A stretch of 64,000 nt of DNA from Phaeosaccion multiseriatum (Eukaryota > Protista > Ochrophyta, other classes): the NCBI GenBank assembly GCA_965112735.1, contig CBCOSG010000001.1:62001-126000 (forward strand). The letters are read 5' to 3'. Under the pieces are notes generated by a model. The model was not told where the DNA came from. It saw only the letters and a list, made by a program, of their open reading frames with translations, and ran no database searches. Made by a program: the position numbers and the translations under genes. Numbering within the stretch: position 1 is the stretch's first letter; the number at the start of each line of letters is the position of its first letter. Positions 54,790 to 64,000 of the stretch are shown here, one piece after another.

Positions 54790-55626
54790 TGTAAATATGT
54801 AACTTCCTATTACGCTTTTTTTGTCGGCTTAGGGTAGGCTGACCTTTGGTAGGTTTCCCCAAGGAGTTACAGAGGGTCGCCCTCCTGAAGTCTTTCCTTC
54901 TCCACCCCCATGGGGATGATCTACAGGATTCATAGCTACACCCCGCACCGTAGGACGTATGCCTACATACCGGTTTCGTCCTGCTTTCCCTAACACTCTC
55001 AAAAACCAGGTCTGATTTCCTACTTTTCCTAAGGAGGCAGAAGCTTTAACCGAAGAAAATACTTCATATTTTCCAGATTTGAGTTTCACTAGGGTTTGTT
55101 TTGCGTTTTTCTGTATCAACAGTCCGTAAGCTCCAGCTGCCTTAAGATATTGACTTGGTTTACCAGTACGGACACACAAATTGTGTATACTAAATCCCTG
55201 AGGAATTTGATAAAGGGGAAAATGATTCCCCATTTGAGTTTCTCCTAAATTTGGCCCATAGATAGAGTGTCCCTGAGATAGACCTTCTACTCCGAGGATA
55301 TAGGTATGAGAGCACCCTTTACTTATCTTGGTGTGGCCTTCATTCAAGTCCGGTATAAAAACCCGATGCCCAAAAGAAGAATGTCTCGGTAGATGCTCCC
55401 GATCCAAACATAAGCCTATACCTCGACTTATGAAACTTAAAGATCGGAGCTTCCTTTTATGTCCTCCTCCTCGGTGCCAATTACAGACTCTTCCTTGATG
55501 ATTTCGTCCTGTTGAAGCGTGAACACCTTTAGACAAGCCTTTAATACTTTTTTGTTTTGACAAGGGAAGGACATGCGCAGGTCGCCATTGTCTTCCACCA
55601 GATGTGTTCCACTTCGATTTTATCAT
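54782..55626 (-). CDS. rpl2: rpl2, mirror copy (G-run frameshift near the 3' end)
   Basis: Mirror of 14273-15118. Confidence 0.94.
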
Positions 55627-55641
55627 AGGAATTCTAGTTTT

Positions 55642-56838
55642 TTATCGATCAATCTCACCAAATACAATATCCTGAGTACCGATTACTGTAACCACGTCTG
55701 CAATCATATGATTTTTGCACATAAAATCCAAACTTTGCAGATGAGCAAACCCTGGTGCCTTGATTTTGCAGCGGTAAGGCTTACTACTTCCATCTGAAAT
55801 CAAATAGACACCAAATTCGCCTTTAGGGGCTTCAGTAGCCGTATAAGTTTGACCTAAAGGCACTTCAAAACCCTCTGTACATAGTTTAAAATGGTGAATA
55901 ACCGCCTCCATAGAATGCTTTAAATCAGCACGGCTAGGAAGATTCATTTTTCCATCTTGGGTCTTTACCGGTCCAGCAGGCAATCTATTTAAGCACTGAT
56001 AAATAAGACTTAAGCTCTGACGCATTTCTTCCATACGTAAAAGGTACCGGTCATAACAGTCACCGTTTTTTCCTAGCGGAACTTCAAAACTTAAGTCATT
56101 GTAAACCTCATAAGGTTGAGTCTTACGTAAATCCCAATCGACCCCACATCCTCGAAGCATAACTCCCGAGTATCCCCAAGTTTCCGCTTCTTGAGCGGAG
56201 ATTCGTCCTACGTTCACTAAACGTTGTTTCCAAATCCGGTTCGTGGTCAACATTTCCTCCATCTCATCGATACGAAGACTGAACTGCTGAGCAAAAACAT
56301 AGATGTCATCTAAAAGTCCTTGAGGTAGGTCTTGGCTTACGCCTCCGGGCCGAACGTAAGCTGCATGCATACGGGCTCCGCAAACCCGATCATAAAATTC
56401 CATAAGTTTTTCTCGTTCTTCGAATCCCCAAAGAAAAGGGGTCATTGCCCCTACATCCATTGCGTGACAGCCTACGGCCAAAAGATGATTAAGAATACGG
56501 GTAATTTCTCCAAATAGAACTCGGATATACTGAGCCCTAGAAGGAACCTGCGTATGAAATAAGTTTTCTACGGCTAAAGAATAGGTATGCTCTTGGCACA
56601 TCATCGAAACATAATCCAGACGATCCAAATAAGGCAAAGCTTGCAGATAAGTTTTATACTCAATAAGCTTTTCTGTGCCTCGGTGAAGGAGCCCAATATG
56701 AGGATCAGCGTGCTGAAGGCTTTCTCCTTTCAGCTCTAAAACTAAACGAAGTACTCCGTGGGCAGCCGGGTGCTGGGGCCCAAAATTAATGCTAAAGTTC
56801 ATTACTTTACGTCCTAGCTCACTTTTTTTTAAATTCAT
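55642..56838 (-). CDS. nad7: nad7, mirror copy
   Basis: Identical protein. Confidence 0.96.
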   Translation of the reverse strand: MNLKKSELGRKVMNFSINFGPQHPAAHGVLRLVLELKGESLQHADPHIGLLHRGTEKLIEYKTYLQALPYLDRLDYVSMMCQEHTYSLAVENLFHTQVPSRAQYIRVLFGEITRILNHLLAVGCHAMDVGAMTPFLWGFEEREKLMEFYDRVCGARMHAAYVRPGGVSQDLPQGLLDDIYVFAQQFSLRIDEMEEMLTTNRIWKQRLVNVGRISAQEAETWGYSGVMLRGCGVDWDLRKTQPYEVYNDLSFEVPLGKNGDCYDRYLLRMEEMRQSLSLIYQCLNRLPAGPVKTQDGKMNLPSRADLKHSMEAVIHHFKLCTEGFEVPLGQTYTATEAPKGEFGVYLISDGSSKPYRCKIKAPGFAHLQSLDFMCKNHMIADVVTVIGTQDIVFGEIDR

Positions 56839-56890
56839 ACTTTTTTGGAAATCGAGTTTTTTATAAGACTTTTGTATTTTATTAGTTAAC

Positions 56891-57193
56891 GTGTGGATTT
56901 CCCCCGTATTTGTTTTAAGTACTTTACTCTTTAGTTTGGGTCTTTTGGGAATTTTAGTGAATCGCACTAACATTCTTATTCTTCTTATGTGTATTGAGAT
57001 GATTTTACTTTGTGTAAATCTTAATTTTATTTTATTCTCCGCCAGTCTTGATGATAGCCTAGGTCAAGTTTTCTCTCTTTTTATCATTGCGGTTTCCACA
57101 GGGGAATCAGCCCTTGGTCTAGGAATTCTCGTGGCCTATTACCGTGTTCGGGGCCACATTAGCATTCGAAAAGCTTATCTTCTACGGGGTTAG
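56891..57193 (+). CDS. nad4L: nad4L, mirror copy
   Basis: Identical protein. Confidence 0.95.
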   Translation: MWISPVFVLSTLLFSLGLLGILVNRTNILILLMCIEMILLCVNLNFILFSASLDDSLGQVFSLFIIAVSTGESALGLGILVAYYRVRGHISIRKAYLLRG

Positions 57194-57261
57194 TTTGAAC
57201 AGCTAAAATTTGTTAAAGTTTTAATTTCAGGCGCAAAAGCTTATTTGATCGAGTCGTGAGC

Positions 57262-57737
57262 CTAACAAGCTTTACTCAATAAAAAAAGATTGATTGAAGA
57301 TCTCCACGAATGAGAAAAATAAAAAAAGGTTTCACTTCAAAAAGCCGAAAATTTCGTCCTATTATTAAATTAAGCTTTTGTAAGTCTTTGAAAAAAATCC
57401 TCTTTTCTACCGGAAGGTATTTCAGTATATGAGGGGAGTAAATATTTCCTTTTTGGTGAATTCCGAGAAGGACAAAGCCCTTCGCAGTTGAAAGGCTTTG
57501 AAGTTTGGTTAAAAACACTTCGAAACTTTGCTCCTTTTTTCCATAGATAACTAGATTCAGTCCAGGAATTTTCAGATCTAACTCGTCCTTAGTGCGATAA
57601 TACTCTAAGCCCCGATTTTTTAGTTCGACTAAACAATGTCTTTGTACCCCTACCCAAGGTTGATAAAAAGCGAAGGAATTTTGTTGTTGCAATATTTTGT
57701 GGATACGAAGAACTAATTCCATCGATTCTTTTTTCAT
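57262..57737 (-). CDS. orf158, mirror copy (T-run frameshift)
   Basis: Mirror of 12161-12637. Confidence 0.55.
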
Positions 57738-57855
57738 ATTAAAATAGTAAACTATATCAATAAAAAACTTTGAAAAGTCGACTTTCGTTACTGCATATAA
57801 AGTTAAAAAGACCTAAGTTTCTTCCGTACTAACCCTATTTAAGTTTTAGTACTAT

Positions 57856-58467
57856 TTATAGCTTCGAAAATTGTTTTAAACCCAATACAACTTTGAACCT
57901 CGAATTACCAGGCAAAAATCGATAATTGTTGTGAATTCCCCGAACTTTGACTTTGGTAAACATACTAAGCTTGGTCTTAGACTTCCTTTTTTTACACCTA
58001 AAACATGTAAATTTGTATTGATGGCTCCATACCTCCAAAGTTTTTCTTTTCGAAAAATAGAGGAGCATAATCTCACTTCTAAATCAGGCTGAAAATAATA
58101 TTTTTTCTTTTTTTTTCATAGTACAAAAATAAAGAAGTCGTCCTTGGTAAATATAATAGTCCCAAGAGAAATCTTTTTCACTTTTTACTTTTGATCTATA
58201 CCCAAAAAAATTTGTATTTTGGCGGCTATCCTTACAAATTTCAGATAGACTGACACAAGAAGTATGTCCAAAATAAAATAATGGATTAGAAAGAAAAGTG
58301 TACACCCAAAATTTTCCACGTCCTAAGAATTTCGCACCGAACAAAACTTTGTTTACCCATCCAAGATCCAAATTTTTACTAGGAAGAGGATAAAAAATCA
58401 AAGATTGGCCGCACTGATGGTTTTCTTTCATCTGAGAGAAATCAAAATAGGTAGAATGTTTTTTCAT
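57856..58467 (-). CDS. orf203, mirror copy (A-run frameshifts)
   Basis: Mirror of 11431-12042. Confidence 0.55.
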
Positions 58468-58470
58468 GGA

Positions 58471-58881
58471 TTAAACAATTTTGGTGGCAACCCCAAGCTT
58501 AGTAGCTCCTCCTTGAAGAGCATACCGGCTTAAATTTTCAGAAATTCCCACAATTTCAAGGATAAGTTTTCCGGGAGACACCATCATTTCATAATGATCT
58601 ATTTTTCCTTTACCCTTACCCATACGAACTTCACAAGGTTTTTGGCTTCGCCCACGATCGGCGAAACCATGAATCACAATTTGCCCTTTACGTCTCAAGC
58701 GCCGATTTATATTTTGTCTGCAAGCTTCCATCTGTCTGGTACTAATTGTTCCCGTGCTTAAAGATTGTAGTGCAAATCTTCCTTTTTGCCCTCGAAAGAT
58801 AGAAAGAGAAGGAAGTTTAGGCTTGTGGGGTTTAAGAAATTTGGTAGAATACATAGAACTTTTATACAAAGACAAAGTCAA
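58471..58881 (-). CDS. rpl16: rpl16, mirror copy
   Basis: Identical protein. Confidence 0.95.
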   Translation of the reverse strand: MTLSLYKSSMYSTKFLKPHKPKLPSLSIFRGQKGRFALQSLSTGTISTRQMEACRQNINRRLRRKGQIVIHGFADRGRSQKPCEVRMGKGKGKIDHYEMMVSPGKLILEIVGISENLSRYALQGGATKLGVATKIV

Positions 58882-58902
58882 AATAGTAAAAATTAATTCT
58901 TT

Positions 58903-59259
58903 ATGCTTTACCTATGGGGAATCTACGCCGAACCTTCTCTCAATTTTCGCCAGGCTCTCACTCAGGTTTACGGTTTGGGAAAATTTAGAGCGGACTTAAT
59001 AGGTAAATATTTAGGTATGAAGCCTACTACCTTTTGCACTTTTCTTAGTCCGCTACATCAAACCAAACTTCAACATATGATGAAGATTGTATTTTGGAAA
59101 ACTAATAGTTTTTTACGTCAGCAAAGATTTGAGAAACTTACAAGTTTAAAAGAAATTCGTTGCTATAGAGGAATACGTCACGGGCAGTCTCTGCCAACAC
59201 GAGGTCAAAGAACTCACGCCAACGCTAGAACAGCAAAAAGTCATAAATCGAAGACTTGA
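58903..59259 (+). CDS. rps13: rps13, mirror copy
   Basis: Identical protein. Confidence 0.95.
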   Translation: MLYLWGIYAEPSLNFRQALTQVYGLGKFRADLIGKYLGMKPTTFCTFLSPLHQTKLQHMMKIVFWKTNSFLRQQRFEKLTSLKEIRCYRGIRHGQSLPTRGQRTHANARTAKSHKSKT

Positions 59260-59663
59260 GCCTTTTGATGCAAACTCCTACAAAAATCTTTACTGAAGCA
59301 GGTATCCTTCACCTCAGCTTAGGTCGTCGTAATACTCTATTCACCTTTTATAACAAATCAAAATCTCTTGTTTGTGCCACCTCCAATGGATGTGTAGGCT
59401 TTACCAAAGCTACCCGAAGGACTTCATATGCCAGTGAAATACATACCAAACATTTTTTACAAATCTTACAACAAAGAAAGGTTTGTAAACTACGTCTTCA
59501 TGTAGAGGGTTTTAATAAAAGTCGTAAGAAAGTGTTACAACTTTTGCGAAAAGGAAAAAAGACTAAAACCTTTGAGGTGGGCTGGGAAAAAACTAATTAT
59601 CCTCATAATGGTTGCCGAACTAAAAAGCAAATTCGCCGTAAGAGGCGTCGACGTGATCTTTAG
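59256..59663 (+). CDS. rps11: rps11, mirror copy
   Basis: Identical protein. Confidence 0.91.
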   Translation: MSLLMQTPTKIFTEAGILHLSLGRRNTLFTFYNKSKSLVCATSNGCVGFTKATRRTSYASEIHTKHFLQILQQRKVCKLRLHVEGFNKSRKKVLQLLRKGKKTKTFEVGWEKTNYPHNGCRTKKQIRRKRRRRDL

Positions 59664-59789
59664 ACCTAAAACTTTCGAAGAAAATAGCCAAAAACCTAAT
59701 AAGTTTGTATTGAAAATTGTATACAATTTTTTTATAAGTTTAAAACTTATTTTATTCTATGTAAACTTTTTTACCCTGTTTTTTAATCT

Positions 59790-60584
59790 ATGATACAAAA
59801 TCATCGACATCCTTTCCATTTAGTTGACCCGAGTCCCTGGCCGCTAACCACAGCCTTTGGAAGCCTAAATTTGACTTTTGGGCTGGTAATGTACATGCAC
59901 CAGTATGAAAGTGGATGGTTTTTAATTGAAGTGGGAGTTCTTAGCCTTCTTCTTTGTGTGTTTGCTTGGTGGGGAGACGTAGTTCGGGAAGGAAGCTTAG
60001 AAGGCCGACATACCACCGCAGTTCAAGCAAATCTGCGAATGGGTGTTGTACTCTTTATTGTTTCTGAGCTTATGTTTTTCGTAGCCTTTTTTTGGGCTTT
60101 CTTTCATTCGAGTTTATCTCCAGTAGTGGAGATCGGCGGGGTTTGGCCTCCTGTAGGTGTAGAAGTTATAAATCCTTGGGGGGTACCCTTGCTAAACACA
60201 GCTATTCTTTTAACCTCTGGTTTTTTTTTAACTTGGTCTCACCATAGTCTTCTTCTTGGAGGCCAAAGATCAGCCTTATGGGGATTAAGTACATGTATCG
60301 GATTGGCTGTAATCTTTACGGCCTTGCAAGCCTTTGAGTATATGAATTTAGGCTTTGCTATGTCCGATGGAATTTTTGGATCTGTATTTTATTTAAGCAC
60401 AGGCTTCCATGGATTCCATGTTATTATAGGGAGTATTTTTCTTACAATCTGCCTGTTCCGCTTTGCCATGGGGCATTTTAGCCGCCAGCATCACTTAGGT
60501 TTTGAAGCTGCCAGTTGGTATTGGCATTTTGTAGATGTAGTGTGGTTATTTCTATTTGTCTGTGTATACTGGTGGGGTTCCTGA
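59790..60584 (+). CDS. cox3: cox3, mirror copy
   Basis: Identical protein. Confidence 0.97.
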   Translation: MIQNHRHPFHLVDPSPWPLTTAFGSLNLTFGLVMYMHQYESGWFLIEVGVLSLLLCVFAWWGDVVREGSLEGRHTTAVQANLRMGVVLFIVSELMFFVAFFWAFFHSSLSPVVEIGGVWPPVGVEVINPWGVPLLNTAILLTSGFFLTWSHHSLLLGGQRSALWGLSTCIGLAVIFTALQAFEYMNLGFAMSDGIFGSVFYLSTGFHGFHVIIGSIFLTICLFRFAMGHFSRQHHLGFEAASWYWHFVDVVWLFLFVCVYWWGS

Positions 60585-60636
60585 GTCCCGGATATTAAAA
60601 AATTCATTTTTTATTAGCACGACCTAGACCAAAAAT

Positions 60637-62175
<1,539 letters not shown>

Positions 62176-62216
62176 TTAAGAAGTTCTTCAGTAGATAAAA
62201 CAGGTAGAAAAACTCT

Positions 62217-63673
62217 ATGCATTTTTGGATAACTGAGATTTATTTGGCTAATTGTGTCCTGTACCTAAGTATTTACGGGTGTCACCAATTAATTAGTGGT
62301 GGTCTTTGTTCCTCTCATACTCTGGTGTGGGGAATTTCGACACTTAAGTATACTGGTTTTGGCTTGGGCTGCAAAACTTAGTTTTAATCATGGAGACAGC
62401 TTATGTCCGAGTGTAGATTTAGAGTCTTTATCCCTACTTAAAATGGGTTTAATTCTTTGCTGTGCACTATGTTTCATTTTAGCTCCTACTTACCTACACG
62501 CACGTCAAATACATGCTTTTGAATACAATTTATTGTGTTTGCTTGCTTGCTTAGGTCTGTGCCTAATCCTTGTTTCCGAAAACTTCCTGAGCTTCTACTT
62601 GGGAATTGAGTTACAGAGCTTGAGTTTATACGCTTTAGCAAGCTTTCGACGAAAATCTGTGTTTTCCACAGAAGCGGGTTTAAAATATTTTATCTTGGGA
62701 GGAATTGCTTCTGGATTATTGGCTCTAGGAATCTGTATCTTATATGGATCCGCTGGCAGTTTGTGCTTTGCAGATTTGGGTCAGAGTCTGAGTGCTGGGG
62801 CTTCCAATTTTAGCCAAATGGGGTTATATTTTGTATTGTTTGGTCTCCTGTTCAAATTAGGGAGTAGCTCCTTTTCATATGTGGGCTTTGGACGTATATG
62901 AAGGAAGTCCGGCAAGCGTAAGTCTTTTTTTCGTTACGGTCCCAAAATTTGGAGTTCTTCTTTTTCTTATTAAGCTACTTTACGCCAGTTTTTATTCTAT
63001 GAGCTTCGAATGGGGCATTCTCTTAACTTGGGTCGCCTTAATGTCCGTCATCATTGGCGGTTTTGGTGGATACAAGCAAAAGTCCCTAAAACGCTTGCTA
63101 GTATTTAGTGGCATTGGGCATGGGGGTTATCTTTTTTTAGGTATTCTTGGAGGTTTAGAATTACAGAACGCTTACGTCTGCCTATTTTATTTAGGAGTTT
63201 ACATCCTAAGCAGTCTTTTAATGTGGGGAGGTCTTATGCTGTGGGGAAGTCGAAAAGAAAACCGTCAACTTGATCTATCTTCTATGGTAGATCTTAGTCT
63301 CGGAAAACCCTTGTTCGGTTTAGGATTGAGTCTAGTATGGTTTTCTTTAGCAGGCATTCCACCTTTTGCAGGATTTTTTGCCAAATTTTTAGTTCTAAAG
63401 GCAGTAGTCGACCAACAAATGGTAATTTTCGCACTTTGTTTGGTTTTTGTTTCTCTTGCCAGTGCCTTTTACTACTTACGAATGATTAAACTTTTGGTTC
63501 TGGATACCCAAAACCGTTTTGCAGTAAAGAGTCGATCTTGCTGTTTAGATGTAAATCAGGCGGAGGCTTGGGTGTTCAGTCTCAGTCTTAGTCTTTTGGT
63601 CTTTTTCTTCCTCCGGCCAAATTTAGGCTTGCTAGCTACCTATAAGTTGACCACTTACTGGTTTTCTGCATAG
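62217..63673 (+). CDS. nad2: nad2, mirror copy (two G-run frameshifts)
   Basis: Pieces 62296-62901 and 62879-63673 tile nad2. Confidence 0.93.
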
Positions 63674-63685
63674 TTCTATTTTGAA

Positions 63686-63757
63686 GGCGAGATAGTTCAG
63701 GGGTAGAATGTTGGACTCATAATCCGAAGGCCAAGGGTTCAAATCCCTTTTTCGCTA
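63686..63757 (+). tRNA. trnM: tRNA(CAU), mirror copy
   Basis: Reverse complement of 6144-6215. Confidence 0.84.
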
Positions 63758-63772
63758 AATATATCAAATCAA

Positions 63773-63844
63773 GAGTGATTATGTCAATGGTAGACTGCTT
63801 AGCTTACACCTAAGAGGTTGGCGGTTCGAATCCGTCATTACTCA
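63773..63844 (+). tRNA. trnV: tRNA-Val(UAC), mirror copy
   Basis: Reverse complement of 6057-6128. Confidence 0.92.
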
Positions 63845-63849
63845 TTCCA

Positions 63850-63938
63850 GAAGAGGTGGCTGAGGGGCTGAAAGCGTTGGTTTGCTAAATCAATATGTAG
63901 ATATTTTTATATCATGGGTTCGAATCCCATCCTCTTCA
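63850..63938 (+). tRNA. trnS: tRNA-Ser(GCU), mirror copy
   Basis: Reverse complement of 5963-6051. Confidence 0.92.
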
Positions 63939-63941
63939 TAA

Positions 63942-64000
63942 AGCGGAGTAGTTCAGGGGTGAGAATATTGGACTCATAATCCACAGATCAGGGGTTCAAA
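63942..64000 (+). tRNA. trnM: tRNA(CAU), mirror copy, truncated by the window edge
   Basis: Reverse complement of 5901-5959. Confidence 0.82.

Overview
This window is a protist mitochondrial genome. Gene content (nad7/nad9/split nad11, rps2-4/7/8/10-13/19, rpl2/5/6/14/16, trnR(UCG)) points to a stramenopile, probably a diatom-like ochrophyte. It uses the standard code: trnW(CCA) is present and cox3 and rps2 end in TGA. Almost the whole window is one palindrome: 5901-34935 is mirrored by 34971-64000 around a 35-nt, imperfectly self-pairing apex 44 nt after the rpl6 stop. Every arm difference I checked is a homopolymer indel or micro-duplication. This fits a linear mtDNA with a covalently closed hairpin telomere that was read through, or a fold-back/assembly artefact. 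The unique arm holds an accessory layer: two paralogous membrane-protein ORFs, each directly behind an rRNA gene and each followed by a captured rps8-3'/trnM piece; a nad11 Fe-S half fused to an unrelated hydrophobic tail; an ORFan that reuses the nad11 leader; a probable decayed nad11 C-terminal half; pseudo-tRNAs and gene fragments; and a two-copy fixed-spacing motif GGTGATGCC-N14-CCGTGGCATT in structured intergenic DNA. nad1, nad3, nad4, atp9, rps14 and tatC were not seen and may lie left of the window. All alignments and RNA folds were done by eye.
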